A stretch of 64,000 nucleotides of DNA. Origin: Eledone cirrhosa. Lineage: Eukaryota. Below are positions 11,301 through 26,272 of the stretch, piece after piece. A model generated the notes under the pieces. That model had not been told where the DNA came from. It worked only from the letters and a program-made list of their open reading frames with translations, and did not search any database. A program made the position numbers and the translations under genes. The stretch is taken from assembly GCA_964016885.1 (NCBI GenBank), contig OZ024742.1, positions 202,182,001-202,246,000 of the forward strand, read 5' to 3'. The stretch's first letter is position 1. Each line of letters starts with the position of its first letter.

Positions 11301-14300
11301 TAATGTTGATGTTGGTGTTGTTATTGTTGATGTTGGTGTTGTTATTGTTGATGTTGTTGTTGTTAATGTTGATGTTGTTGTTGTTAATGTTGGAGTTGGT
11401 GTTGTTAATGTTGGAGTTGGTGTTGTTAATGTTGATGTTGTTGTTGTTAATGTTGATGTTGTTGTTGTTAATGTTGGAGTTGGTGTTGTTAATGTTGATG
11501 TTGTTGTTGTTAATGTTGATGTTGTTGTTGTTAATGTTGATGTTGGTGTTGTTATTGTTGATGTTGGTGTTATTAATGTTGATGTTGGTGTTGTTATTGT
11601 TGATGTTGGTGTTGTTAATGTTGATGTTGGTGTTGTTATTGTTGATGTTGGTGTTGTTAATGTTGATGTTGGTGTTGTTAATGTTGATGTTGGTGTTGTT
11701 ATTGTTGATGTTGGTGTTGTTATTGTTGATGTTGGTGTTGTTATTGTTGATGTTGGTGTTGTTATTGTTGATGTTGGTGTTGTTATTGTTGATGTTGGTG
11801 TTGGTGTTGTTGATGTTGGTGTTGTTATTGTTGATGTTGGTGTTGTTAACGTTGATGTTGTTGTTGTTAATGTTGGTGTTGGTGTTGTTATTGTTGATGT
11901 TGGTGTTGTTATTGTTGATGTAGGTGTTGTTAATGTTGATGTTGGTGTTGTTAATGTTGATGTTGGTGTTGCTAATGTTGATGTTGGTGTTGTTATTGTT
12001 GATGTTGGTGTTGTTAATGTTGATGTTGGTGTTGTTATTGTTGATGTTGGTGTTGTTAATGTTGATGTTGGTGTTGTTAATGTTGATGTTGGTGTTGTTA
12101 TTGTTGATGTTGCTGTTGTTAATGTTGATGTTGGTGTTGTTATTCTTGATGTTGGTGTTGTTATTGTTGATGTTGGTGTTGTTATTGTTGATGTTGGTGT
12201 TGTTATTGTTGATGTTGGTGTTGTTATTGTTGGTGTTGGTGTTGTTAATGTTGATGTTGTTGTTGTTAATGTTGATGTTGTTGTTGTTAATGTTGGAGTT
12301 GGTGTTGTTAATGTTGATGTTGTTGTTGTTAATGTTGATGTTGGTGTTGTTAATGTTGATGTTGGTGTTGTTAATGTTGATGTAGGTGTTGTTATTGTTG
12401 ATGTTGGTGTTGGTGTTGTTGATGTTGGTGTTGTTATTGTTGGTGTTGGTGTTGTTAATGTTGATGTTTGTGTTGTTATTGTTGATGTTGGTGTTATTGA
12501 TGTTGTTGATGGTGTTGTTAATGTTGATGTTGGTGTTGTTAATGTTGATGTTGGTGTTGTTAATGTTGATGTTGGTGTCGTTAATGTTGATGTTGGTGTT
12601 GTTATTGTTGATGTTGGTGTTGTTAATGTTGATGTTGGTGTTGTTATTGTTGATGTTGGTGTTGTTGATGTTGGTGTTGGTGTTGTTAATGTTGATGTTG
12701 GTGTTGTTATTGTTGATGTTGGTGTTGTTAATGTTGATGTTGGTGTTGTTATTGTTGATGTTGGTGTTGTTAATGTTGATGTTGGTGTTGTTATTGTTGA
12801 TGTAGGTGTTGTTAATGTTGATGTTGGTGTTGTTGATGTTGGTGTTGGTGTTGTTAATGTTGATGTTGTTGTTGTTAATGTTGATGTTGGTGTTGTTATT
12901 GTTGATGTTGGTATTGTCATTGTTGATGTTGGTGTTGTTAATGTTGATGTTGGTGTTGTTGATGTTGGTGTTGTTAATGTTGATGTAGGTGTTGTTAATG
13001 TTGATGTTGGTGTTGTTATTGTTGATGTTGGTGTTGTTATTGTTGATGTTAGTGTTGTTATTGTTGATGTTGGTGTTGTTATTGTTGATGTTGGTGTTGT
13101 CATTGTTGATGTTGTTGTTGTTATTGTTGATGTTGGTGTTGTTATTGTTGATGTTGGTGTTGTTAATGTTGATGTTGATGTTGTTATTGTTGATGTTGGT
13201 GTTGTTAATGTTGATGTTGGTGTTGTTAATGTTGATGTTGGTGTTGTTCTTCTTGATGTTGGTGTTGTTATTGTTGATGTTGGTGTTGTTATTGTTGATG
13301 TTGGTGTTGTTATTGTTGATGTTGGTGTTGTTATTCTTGATGTTCGTGTTGTTAATGTTGGTGTTGGTGTTGTTATTGTTGATGTTGGTGTTGTTATTGT
13401 TGATGTTGGTGTTGTTAATGTTGATGTTGTTGTTGTTAATGTTGATGTTGTTGTTGTTAATGTTGGAGTTGGTGTTGTTAATGTTGATGTTGTTGTTGTT
13501 AATGTTGATGTTGTTGTTGTTAATGTTGATGTTGGTGTTGTTATTGTTGATGTTGGTGTTGTTAATGTTGATGTAGGTGTTGTTATTGTTGATGTTGGTG
13601 TTGTTATTGTTGATGTTGGTGTTGTTATTGTTGGTGTTGGTGTTGTTAATGTTGATGTTTGTGTTGTTATTGTTGATGTTGGTGTTGTTGATGTTGGTGT
13701 TGGTGTTGTTAATGTTGATGTTGGTGTTGTTAATGTTGATGTTGGTGTTGTTAATGTTGATGTTGTTGTTGTTAATGTTGATGTTGTTGTTGTTAATGTT
13801 GGTGTTGGTGTTGTTAATGTTGATGTTGTTGTCGTTAATGTTGATGTTGTTTTTGTTAATGTTGATGTTGGTGTTGTTAATGTTGATGTAGGTGTTGTTA
13901 TTGTTGATGATGGTGTTGTTATTGTTGATGTTGGTGTTGTTATTTTTGGTGTTGGTGTTGTTGATGTTGTTTAATGTGTTGTTAATGTTGATGTTGGTGT
14001 TGTTAATGTTGATGTTGGTGTTGTTAATGTTGATGTTGGTGTTGTTAATGTTGATGTTGGTGTTGTTATTGTTGATGTTGGTGTTGTTGATGTTGTTGAT
14101 GGTGTTGTTAATGTTGATGTTGGTGTTGTTAATGTTGATGTTGGTGTTGTTAATGTTGATGTTGGTGTTGTTAATGTTGATGTTGGTGTTGTTATTGTTG
14201 ATGTTGGTGTTGTTGATGTTGGTGTTGATGTTGTTAATGTTGATGTTGGTGTTGTTATTGTTGATGTTGGTGTTGTTAATGTTGGTGTTGTTAATGTTGA

Positions 14301-14384
14301 AGTTGGTGTTATTAATGTTGATGTTGTTGTTGTTAATGTTGATGTTGGTGTTGTTATTGTTGATGTTGGTGTTGTTAATGTTGA
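5379..14384. repeat. Higher-order tandem duplication, 2 x 4503 bp
   Basis: Rare variants and ORF boundaries recur at +4503 (7421/11924, 8486/12989, 9389/13892; TTTAATGTG at ~9467/13970). Boundaries are set by the first mismatches at 5378/9881 and 9882/14385. Confidence 0.9.
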
Positions 14385-17300
14385 AGTTGGTGTTGTTATT
14401 GTTGATGTTGGTGTTGTTATTGTTGATGTTGGTGTTGTTAATGTTGATGTTGGTGTTGTTATTGTTGATGTTGGTGTTGTTATTGTTGATGTTGCTGTTG
14501 TTAATGTTGATGTTGGTGTTGTTGATGTTGGTGTTGGTGTTGTTAATGTTGATGTTGTTGTTGTTAATGTTGATGTTGGTGTTGTTATTGTTGATGTTGG
14601 TATTGTCATTGTTGATGTTGGTGTTGTTAATGTTGATGTTGGTGTTGTTAATGTTGATGTTGGTGTTGTTAATGTTGATGTTGGTGTTGTTATTGTTGAT
14701 GTTGGTGTTGTTAATGTTGATGTTGGTGTTGTTAATGTTGATGTTGGTGTTGTTATTGTTGATGTTGGTGTTGTTAATGTTGATGTTGGTGTTGTTATTG
14801 TTGATGTTGCTGTTGTTAATGTTGATGTTGGTGTTGTTGATGTTGGTATTGGTGTTGTTAATGTTGATGTTGTTGTTGTTAATGTTGATGTTGGTGTTGT
14901 TATTGTTGATGTTGGTATTGTCATTGTTGATGTTGGTGTTGTTAATGTTGATGTTGGTGTTGTTGATGTTGGTGTTGTTAATGTTGATGTAGGTGTTGTT
15001 AATGTTGATGTTGGTGTTGTTATTGTTGATGTTGGTGTGTGTTAATGTTGATGTTGGTGATGTTATTGTTGATGTTGGTGTTGTTAATGTTGATGTTGAT
15101 GTTGTTATTGTTGATATTGGTGTTGTTAAGGTTGATGTTGGTGTTGTTAATGTTGATGTTGGTGTTGTTGATGTTGGTGTTGGTGTTGTTAATGTTGATT
15201 TTGGTGTTGTTAATATTGATGTTGGTGTTGTTATTGTTGATGTTGGTGTTGTTATTGTTGATGTTGGTGTTGTTATTGTTGGTGTTAGTGTTGTTGATGT
15301 TGATGTTGGTGTTGTTATTGTTGATGTTGGTGTTGTTATTGTTGATGTAGGTGTTGTTGATGTTGGTGTTGGTGTTGTTAATGTTGATGTTGGTGTTGTT
15401 ATTGTTGATGTTGGTGTTGTTAATGTTGATGTTGGTGTTGATATTGTTGATGTTGGTGTTGTTAATGTTGATGTTGGTGTTGTTATTGTTGATGTTGGTG
15501 TTGTTAATGTTGATGTTGGTGTTGTTGATGTTGGTGTTGTTAATGTTGAAGTTGGTGTTATTAATGTTGATGTTGGTGTTGTTATTGTTGATGTTGGTGT
15601 TGTTAATGTTGATGTTGGTGTTGTTAATGTTGATGTTGGTGTTGTTAATGTTGATGTTGGTGTTGTTAATGTTGATGTTGGTGTTGTTAATGTTGATGTT
15701 GGTGTTGTTATTGTTGATGTTGGTGTTGTTAATGTTGATGTTGGTGTTGTTGATGTTGGTGTTGTTAATGTTGAAGTTGGTGTTATTAATGTTGATGTTG
15801 GTGTTGTTATTGTTGATGTTGTTGTTGTTAATGTTGGTGTTGGTGTTGTTAATGTTGATGTTGTTGTTGTTAATGTTGATGTTGTTTTTGTTAATGTTGA
15901 TGTTGGTGTTGTTAATGTTGATGTAGGTGTTGTTATTGTTGATGTTGGTGTTATTGTTGATGTTGGTGTTGTTATTGTTGGTGTTGGTGTTGTTAATGTT
16001 GATGTTTGTGTTGTTATTGTTGATGTTGGTGTTATTGATGTTGTTGATGGTGTTGTTAATGTTGATGTTGGTGTTGTTAATGTTGATGTTGGTGTTGTTA
16101 ATGTTGATGTTGGTGTTGTTAATGTTGATGTTGGTGTTGTTAATGTTGATGTTGGTGTTGTTATTGTTGATGTTGGTGTTGTTGATGTTGGTGTTGGTGT
16201 TGTTAATGTTGATGTTGGTGTTGTTATTGTTGATGTTGGTGTTGTTAATGTTGGTGTTGTTAATATTGAAGTTGGTGTTATTAATGTTGATGTTGTTGTT
16301 GTTAATGTTGATGTTGGTGTTGTTATTGTTGGTGTTGGTGTTGTTAATGTTGAAGTTGGTGTTGTTATTGTTGATGTTGGTGTTGTTAATGTTGATGTTG
16401 GTGTTGTTAATGTTGATGTTGGTGTTGTTATTGTTGATGTTGGTGTTGTTAATGTTGATGTTGGTGTTGTTATTGTTGATGTTGCTGTTGTTAATGTTGA
16501 TGTTGGTGTTGTTGATGTTGGTGTTGGTGTTGTTAATGTTGATGTTGTTGTTGTTAATGTTGATGTTGGTGTTGTTATTGTTGATGTTGGTATTGTCATT
16601 GTTGATGTTGGTGTTGTTAATGTTGATGTTGGTGTTGTTGATGTTGGTGTTGTTAATGTTGATGTAGGTCTTGTTAATGTTGATGTTGGTGTTGTTATTG
16701 TTGATGTTGGTGTGTGTTAATGTTGATGTTGGTGATGTTATTGTTGATGTTGGTGTTGTTAATGTTGATGTTGGTGTTGTTATTGTTGATATTGGTGTTG
16801 TTAATGTTGATGTTGGTGTTGTTAATGTTGATGTTGGTGTTGTTGATGTTGGTGTTGGTGTTGTTAATGTTGATGTTGGTGTTGTTAATATTGATGTTGG
16901 TGTTGTTATTGTTGATGTTGGTGTTGTTATTGTTGATGTTGGTGTTGTTATTGTTGGTGTTAGTGTTGTTGATGTTGATGTTGGTGTTGTTATTGTTGAT
17001 GTTGGTGTTGTTATTGTTGATGTAGGTGTTGTTGATGTTGGTGTTGGTGTTGTTAATGTTGATGTTGGTGTTGTTATTGTTGATGTTGGTGTTGTTAATG
17101 TTGATGTTGGTGTTGTTATTGTTGATGTTGGTGTTGTTAATGTTGATGTTGGTGTTGTTATTGTTGATGTTGGTGTTGTTAATGTTGATGTTGGTGTTGT
17201 TGATGTTGGTGTTGTTAATGTTGAAGTTGGTGTTATTAATGTTGATGTTGGTGTTGTTATTGTTGATGTTGGTGTTGTTAATGTTGATGTTGGTGTTGTT

Positions 17301-20300
17301 AATGTTGATGTTGGTGTTGTTAATGTTGATGTTGGTGTTATTGATGTTGATGTTGGTGTTGTTATTGTTGATGTTGGTGTTGTTATTGTTGATGTTGGTG
17401 TTGTTATTGTTGATGTTGGTGTTGTTATTGTTGATGTTGGTGTTGTTAATGTTGGTGTTGGTGTTGATAATATTGATGTTGGTGTCGTTGATGTTGATGT
17501 TGGTGTTGTTATTGTTGATGTTGGTGTTGTTATTGTTGATGTTGGTGTTGTTATTGTTGATGTTGGTGTTGTTATTGTTGATGTTGGTGTTGTTAATGTT
17601 GATGTTGGTGTTGTTGATGTTGGTGTTGTTAATGTTGATGTTGGTGTTGTTATTGTTGATGTTGGTGTTGTTATTGTTGATGTTGGTGTTGTTATTGTTG
17701 ATGTTGGTGTTGTTGATGTTGGTGTTGTTAATGTTGATGTTGGTGTCGTTAATGTTGGTGTTGTTATTGTTGATGTTGGTGTTGTCATTGTTGATGTTGG
17801 TGTTGGTGTCGATAATGTTGGTGTTGTTATTATTGATGTTGGTGTTGTTATTGTTGATGTTGGTGTTGTTATTGTTGATTTTGGTGTTGTTGATGTTGGT
17901 GTTGTTAATGTTGATGTTGGTGTCGTTAATGTTGGTGTTGTTATTGTTGATGTTGGTGTTGTTAATGTTGATGTTGGTGTTGTTAATGTTGATGTTGGTG
18001 TTGTTATTGTTGATATAGGTGTTGTTATTGTTGATGTTGGTGTTGTTAATGTTGATGTCGGTGTTGTTATTGTTGATGTTCGTGTCGTTAATGTTGATGT
18101 TGGTGTTGTTATTGTTGATGTTCGTGTTGTTATTGTTGATGTTGGTGTTGTTAATGTTGATGTTGGTGTTGTTATTGTTAATGTTGGTGTTGTTATTGTT
18201 GAATAAGGTGTTGTTATTGTTGATGTTGGTGTTGTTGATGTTGATGTTGGTGTTGTTGATGTTGGTGTTGTTAATGTTGAAGTTGGTGTTATTAATGTTG
18301 ATGTTGGTGTTGTTATTGTTGATGCTGGTGTTGTTAATGTTGATGTTGGTGTTGTTAATGTTGATGTTGGTGTTGTTAATGTTGATGTTGGTGTTGTTAT
18401 TGTTGATGTTGGTGTTGTTAATGTTGATGTTGGTGTTGTTATTGTTGATGTTGGTGTTGTTATTGTTGGTGTAGGTGTTGTTGATGTTGGTGTTGGTGTT
18501 GTTAATGTTGATGTTGGTGTTGTTATTGTTGATGTTGGTGTTGTTAATGTTGATGTTGGTGTTGTTAATGTTGATGTTGGTGTTATTGATGTTGATGTTG
18601 GTGTTGTTATTGTTGATGTTGGTGTTGTTATTGTTGATGTTGGTGTTGTTATTGTTGATGTTGGTGTTGTTATTGTTGATGTTGGTGTTGTTAATGTTGG
18701 TGTTGGTGTTGTTAATATTGATGTTGGTGTTGTTGATGTTGATGTTGGTGTTGTTATTGTTGATGTTGGTGTTGTTATTGTTGATGTTGGTGTTGTTATT
18801 GTTGATGTTGGTGTTGTTATTGTTGATGTTGGTGTTGTTAATGTTGATGTTGGTGTTGTTATTGTTGATGTTGTTGTTGTTATTGTTGATGTTGGTGTTG
18901 TTATTGTTGATGTTGGTGTTGTTATTGTTGGTGTTGGTGTTGTTATTGTTGATGTTGGTGTTGTTATTGTTGATGTTGGTGTTGTTATTGTTGATGTTGG
19001 TGTTGTTAATGTTGATGTTGGTGTTGTTATTGTTGATGTTTGTGTTGTTATTGTTGATGTTGGTGTTGTTGATGTTGGTGTTGTTAATGTTGATGTTGGT
19101 GTTGTTATTGTTGATGTTGGTGTTGTTATTGTTGATGTTGGTGTTGTTATTGTTGATGTTGGTGTTGTTGATGTTGGTGTTGTTAATGTTGATGTTGGTG
19201 TCGTTAATGTTGGTGTTGTTATTGTTGACGTTGGTGTTGTCATTGTTGATGTTGGTGTTGGTGTCGTTAATGTTGGTGTTGTTATTGTTGATGTTGGTGT
19301 TGTTATTGTTGATGTTGGTGTTGTTATTGTTGATGTTGGTGTTGTTGATGTTGGTGTTGTTAATGTTGATGTTGGTGTCGTTAATGTTGGTGTTGTTATT
19401 GTTGATGTTGGTGTTGTTAATGTTGGTGTTCGTGTTGTTGATGTTGGTGTTGTTATTGTTGATGTTGGTGTTGTTAATGTTGATGTTGGTGTTGTTATTG
19501 TTGATGTTGGTTTTGTTATTGTTGATGTTGGTGTTGTTATTGTTGATGTTGGTGTTGTTGATGTTGGTGTTGTTATTGTTGATGTTGGTGTCGTTAATGT
19601 TGATGTTGGTGTTGTTAATGTTGATGTTGGTGTTGTTAATGTTGATGTTGGTGTTGTTAATGTTGATGTTGGTGTTGTTATTGTTGATGTTGGTGTTGTT
19701 AATGTTGATGTTGGTGTTGTTAATGTTGATGTTGGTGTTGTTATTGTTGATGTTGGTGTTGTTAATGTTGATGTTGGTGTTGTTAATGTTGATGTTGGTG
19801 TTGTTATTGTTGATGTAGGAGTTGTTATTGTTGATGTTGGTGTTGTTAATGTTGATGTCGGTGTTGTTATTGTTGATGTTGGTGTTGTTAATGTTGATGT
19901 TGGTGTCGTTAATGTTGATGTTGGTGTTGTTATTGTTGATGTTGGTGTTGTTATTGTTGATGTTGGTGTTGTTAATGTTGATGTTGGTGTTGTTATTGTT
20001 AATGTTGGTGTTGTTATTGTTGAATAAGGTGTTGTTATTGTTGATGTTGGTGTTGTTGATGTTGATGTTGGTGTTGTTAATGTTGATGTTGATGTTAGTG
20101 CTGTTAATGTTGATGTTGGTGTTGTTAATGTTGATGTTGGTGTTGTTATTGTTGATGTTGGTGTTGTTATTGTTGGTGTTGGTGTTGTTGATGTTGGTGT
20201 TGTTATTGTTGATGTTGGTGTTGTTAATGTTGATGTTGGTGTTGTTATTGTTGATGTTGGTGTTGTTAATGTTGATGTTCGTGTTGTTAATATTGATGTT

Positions 20301-23300
20301 GGTGTTGTTATTGTTGATGTTGGTGTTGTTATTGTTGATGTTGGTGTTGTTAATGTTGATGTTGGTGTTGTTATTGTTGATGTTGGTGCTGTTATTTTTG
20401 ATGTTGGTGTTGTTAATGTTGATGTTGGTTTTGTTGATGTTGGTGTTGTTATTGTTGATGTTGGTGTTGTTAATGTTGATGTTGGTGATGTTATTGTTGA
20501 CGTTGGTGTTGTTAATGTTGATGTTGGTGTTGTTGATGTTGGTGTTGGTGTTGTTAATGTTGATGTTGGTGTTGTTAATATTGATGTTGGTGTTGTCATT
20601 GTTGATGTTGGTGTTGTTATTGTTGATGTTGGTGTTGTTATTGTTGGTGTTAGTGTTGTTGATGTTGATGTTGGTGTTGTTATTGTTGATGTTGGTGTTG
20701 TTATTGTTGATGTAGGTGTTGTTGATGTTGGTGTTGGTGTTGTTAATGTTGATGTTGGTGTTGTTATTGTTGATGTTGGTGTTGTTAATGTTGATGTTGG
20801 TGTTGTTATTGTTGATGTTGGTGTTGTTAATGTTGATGTTGGTGTTGTTATTGTTGATGTTGGTGTTGTTAATGTTGATGTTGGTGTTGTTGATGTTGGT
20901 GTTGTTAATGTTGAAGTTGGTGTTATTAATGTTGATGTTGGTGTTGTTAATGTTGATGTTGGTGTTGTTAATGTTGATGTTGGTGTTGTTAATGTTGATG
21001 TTGGAGTTGTTAATGTTGATGTTGGTGTTGTTATTGTTGATGTTGGTGTTGTTAATGTTGATGTTGGTGTTGTTATTGTTGATGTTGGTGTTGTTATTGT
21101 TGATGTAGGTGTTGTTGATGTTGGTGTTGGTGTTGTTAATGTTGATGTTGCTGTTGTTATTGTTGATGTTGGTGTTGTTATTGTTGATGTTAGTGTTGTT
21201 ATTGTTGATGTTGGTGTTGTTATTGTTGATGTTGGTGTTGTCATTGTTGATGTTGTTGTTGTTATTGTTGATGTTGGTGTTGTTATTGTTGATGTTGGTG
21301 TTGTTAATGTTGATGTTGGTGTTGTTATTGTTGATGTTGGTGTTGTTAATTTTGATGTTGGTGTTGTTATTGTTGATGTTGGTGTTGTTAATGTTGATGT
21401 TGGTGTTGTTAATGTTGATGTTGGTGTTGTTATTCTTGATGTTGGTGTTGTTATTGTTGATGTTGGTGTTGTTATTGTTGATGTTGGTGTTGTTATTGTT
21501 GATGTTGGTGTTGTTATTCTTGATGTTCGTCTTGTTAATGTTGGTGTTGGTGTTGTTATTGTTGATGTTGGTGTTGTTATTGTTGATGTTGGTGTTGTTA
21601 TTGTTGGTGTTGTTGTTGTTAATGTTGATGTTGTTGTTGTTAATGTTGATGTTGTTGTTGTTAATGTTGGAGTTGGTGTTGTTAATGTTGATGTTGTTGT
21701 TGTTAATGTTGATGTTGTTGTTGTTAATGTTGATGTTGTTGTTGTTAATGTTGATGTTGGTGTTGTTATTGTTGATGTTGGTATTGTCATTGTTGATGTT
21801 GGTGTTGTTAATGTTGATGTTGGTGTTGTTGATGTTGGTGTTGTTAATGTTGATGTAGGTGTTGTTAATGTTGATGTTGGTGTTGTTATTGTTGATGTTG
21901 GTGTTGTTAATTTTGATGTTGGTGATGTTATTGTTGATGTTGGTGTTGTTAATGTTGATGTTGGTGTTGTTGATGTTGGTGTTGGTGTTGTTAATGTTGA
22001 TGTTGGTGTTGTTAATATTGATGTTGGTGTTGTTATTGTTGATGTTGGTGTTGTTATTGTTGATGTTGGCGTTGTTATTGTTGGTGTTAGTGTTGTTAAT
22101 GTTGATGTTGGTGTTGTTATTGTTGATGTTGGTGTTGTTAATGTTGATGTTGGTGTTGTTATTGTTGATGTTGGTGTTGTTAATGTTGATGTTGGTGTTG
22201 TTGATGTTGGTGTTGTTAATGTTGAAGTTGGTGTTATTAATGTTGATGTTGGTGTTGTTATTGTTGATGTTGGTGTTGTTAATGTTGATGTTGGTGTTGT
22301 TATTGTTGATGTAGGTGTTGTTGATGTTGGTGTTGGTGTTGTTAATGTTGATGTTGGTGTTGTTATTGTTGATGTTGGTGTTGTTAATGTTGATGTTGGT
22401 GTTGTTAATGTTGATGTTGGTGTTGTTAATGTTGGTGTTGGTGTTGTTAATATTGATGTTGGTGTTGTTGATGTTGATGTTGGTGTTGTTATTGTTGATG
22501 TTGGTGTTGTTATTGTTGATGTTGGTGTTGTTATTGTTGATGTTGGTGTTGTTGATGTTGGTGTTGTTATTGTTGATGTTGGTGTCGTTAATGTTGATGT
22601 TGGTGTTGTTAATGTTGACGTTGGTGTTGTTAATGTTGATGTTGGTGTTGTTAATGTTGATGTTGGGGTTGTTATTGTTGATGTTGGTGTTGCTAATGTT
22701 GATGTTGGTGTTGTTAATGTTGATGTTGGTGTTGTTATTGTTGATGTTGGTGTTGTTAATGTTGATGTTGGTGTTGTTAATGTTGATGTTGGTGTTGTTA
22801 TTGTTGATGTAGGAGTTGTTATTGTTGATGTTGGTGTTGTTAATGTTGATGTTGGTGTTGTTAATGTTGATGTTGGTGTTGTTATTGTTGATGTTGGTGT
22901 TGTTAATGTTGATGTTGGTGTTGTTATTGTTGATGTTGGTGTTGTTAATGTTGATGTTGGTGTTGTTATTGTTGATGTTGGTGTTGTTAATGTTGATGTT
23001 GGTGTTGTTGATGTTGGTGTTGTTAATGTTGATGTTGGTGTTGTTATTGTTGATGTTGGTGTTGTTGATGTTGGTGTTGTTATTGTTGATGTTGGTGTCG
23101 TTAATGTTGATGTTGGTGTTGTTAATGTTGATGTTCGTGTTGTTAATGTTGATGTTGGTGTTGTTATTGTTGATGTTGGTGTTGTTATTGTTGATGTTGG
23201 TGTTGTTAATGTTGATGTTGGTGTTGTTATTGTTGATGTTGGTGTTGTTATTTTTGATGTTGGTGTTGTTAATGTTGATGTTGGTGTTGTTGATGTTGGT

Positions 23301-26272
23301 GTTGTTAATGTTGATGTAGGTGTTGTTAATGTTGATGTTGGTGTTGTTACTGTTGATGTTGGTGTTGTTAATGTTGATGTTGGTGATGTTATTGTTGACG
23401 TTGGTGTTGTTAATGTTGATGTTGGTGTTGTTGATGTTGGTGTTGGTGTTGTTAATGTTGATGTTGGTGTTGTTAATATTGATGTTGGTGTTGTCATTGT
23501 TGATGTTGGTGTTGTTATTGTTGATGTTGGTGTTGTTATTGTTGGTGTTAGTGTTGTTGATGTTGATGTTGGTGTTGTTATTGTTGATGTTGGTTTTGTT
23601 ATTGTTGATGTAGGTGTTGTTGATGTTGGTGTTGGTGTTGTTAATGTTGATGTTGGTGTTGTTATTGTTGATGTTGGTGTTGTTAATGTTGATGTTGGTG
23701 TTGTTATTGTTGATATTGGTGTTGTTAATGTTGATGTTGGTGTTGTTATTGTTGATGTTGGTGTTGTTAATGTTGATGTTGGTGTTGTTGATGTTGGTGT
23801 TGTTAATGTTGAAGTTGGTGTTATTAATGTTGATGTTGGTGTTGTTAATGTTGATGATGGTGTTGTTATTGTTGATGTTGGTGTTGTTATTGTTGATGTT
23901 GGTGTTGTTAATGTTGATGTTGGTGTTGTTAATGTTGATGTTGGTGTTGTTAATGTTGATGTTGGTGTTGTTATTGTTGATGTTGGTGTTGTTAATGTTG
24001 ATGTTGGTGTTGTTATTGTTGATGTTGGTGTTGTTATTGTTGATGTAGGTGTTGTTGATGTTGGTGTTGGTGTTGTTAATGTTGATGTTGCTGTTGTTAT
24101 TGTTGATGTTGGTGTTGTTATTGTTGATGTTAGTGTTGTTATTGTTGATGTTGGTGTTGTTATTGTTGATGTTGGTGTTGTCATTGTTGATGTTGTTGTT
24201 GTTATTGTTGATGTTGGTGTTGTTATTGTTGATGTTGGTGTTGTTAATGTTGATGTTGGTGTTGTTATTGTTGATGTTGGTGTTGTTAATTTTGATGTTG
24301 GTGTTGTTATTGTTGATGTTGGTGTTGTTAATGTTGATGTTGGTGTTGTTAATGTTGATGTTGGTGTTGTTATTCTTGATGTTGGTGTTGTTATTGTTGA
24401 TGTTGGTGTTGTTATTCTTGATGTTGGTGTTGTTATTGTTGATGTTGGTGTTGTTATTCTTGATGTTCGTGTTGTTAATGTTGGTGTTGGTGTTGTTAAT
24501 GTTGATGTTGGTGTTGTTAATGTTGATGTAGGTGTTGTTATTGTTGATGTTGGTGTTGCTATTGTTGATGTTGATGTTGTTATTGTTGGTGTTGGTGTTG
24601 TTAATGTTGATGTTTGTGTTGTTATTGTTGATGTTGGTGTTATTGATGTTGTTGATGGTGTTGTTAATGTTGATGTTGGTGTTGTTAATATTGATGTTGG
24701 TGTTGTTATTGTTGATGTTGGTGTTGTTGATGTTGGTGTTGGTGTTTTTATTGTTGATGTTGGTGTTGTTAATGTTGATGTTGGTGTTGTTAATGTTGAT
24801 GTTGGTGTTGTTATTGTTGATGTTGGTGTTGTTAATGTTGATGTTGGTGTTGTTAATGTTGATGTTGGTGTTGTTATTGTTGATGTTGGTGTTGTTAATG
24901 TTGATGTTGGTGTTGTTATTGTTGATGTTGGTGTTGTTAATGTTGATGTTGGTGTTGTTGATGTTGGTGTTGGTGTTGTTAATGTTGATGTTGTTGTTGT
25001 TAATGTTGATGTTGGTGTTGTTATTATTGATGTTGGTATTGTCATTGTTGATGTTGGTGTTTTTAATGTTGATGTTGGTGTTGTTGATGTTGGTGTTGTT
25101 GATGTTGGTGTTGTTAATGTTGATGTAGGTGTTGTTAATGTTGATGTTGGTGTTGTTATTGTTGATGTTGGTGTTGTTAATGTTGATGTTGGTGTTGTTA
25201 ATGTTGAAGTTGGTGTTATTAATTTTGAAGTTGGTGTTATTAATGTTGATGTTGGTGTTGTTATTGTTGATGTTGGTGTTGTTAATGTTGATGTTGGTGT
25301 TGTTAATGTTGATGTTGGTGTTATTAATGTTGATGTTGGTGTTGTTATTGTTGATGTTGGTGTTGTTAATGTTGATGTTGGTGTTGTTAATGTTGATGTT
25401 GTTGTTGTTATTGTTGATGTTGGTTTTGTTAATGTTGATGTTGGTGTTGTTATTGTTGATGTTGATTTTGTTAATGTTGATGTTGGTGTTGTTAATGTTG
25501 ATGTTGGTGTTGTTAATGTTGATGTTGGTGTTGTTATTGTTGATGTTGGTTTTGTTAATGTTGATGTTGGTGTTGTTAATGTTGATGTTGGTGTTGTTAA
25601 TGTTGATGTTGGTGGTGGTGTTGTTGATGTTGGTGTTGTTATTGTTGATGTTGGTGTTGTTATTGTTGATGTTGGTGTTGTTATTGTTGATGTTGGAGTT
25701 GTTAATGTTGATGTTGGTGTTGTTATTGTTGATGTTGGTGTTGTTATTGTTGATGTAGGTGTTGTTGATGTTGGTGTTGGTGTTGTTAATGTTGATGTTG
25801 GTGTTGTTATTGTTGATGTTGGTGTTGTTATTGTTGATGTTCGTGTTCTTATTGTTGATGTTGGTGTTGTTATTGTTGATGTTGGTGTTGTCATTGTTGA
25901 TGTTGTTGTTGTTATTGTTGATGTTGGTGTTGTTAATGTTGATGTTGGTGTTGTTATTGTTGATGTTGGTGTTGTTAATGTTGATGTTGGTGTTGTTATT
26001 GTTGATGTTGGTGTTGTTAATGTTGATGTTGGTGTTGTTATTCTTGATGTTGGTGTTGTTATTGTTGATGTTGGTGTTGTTATTGTTGATGTTGGTGTTG
26101 TTATTGTTGATGTTGGTGTTGTTAATGTTGATGTTGGTGTTGTTAATGTTGATGTTGGTGTTGTTATTCTTGATGTTCGTGTTGTTAATGTTGGTGTTGG
26201 TGTTGTTATTGTTGATGTTGGTGTTGTTATTGTTGATGTTGGTGTTGTTATTGTTGATGTTGGTGTTGTTAT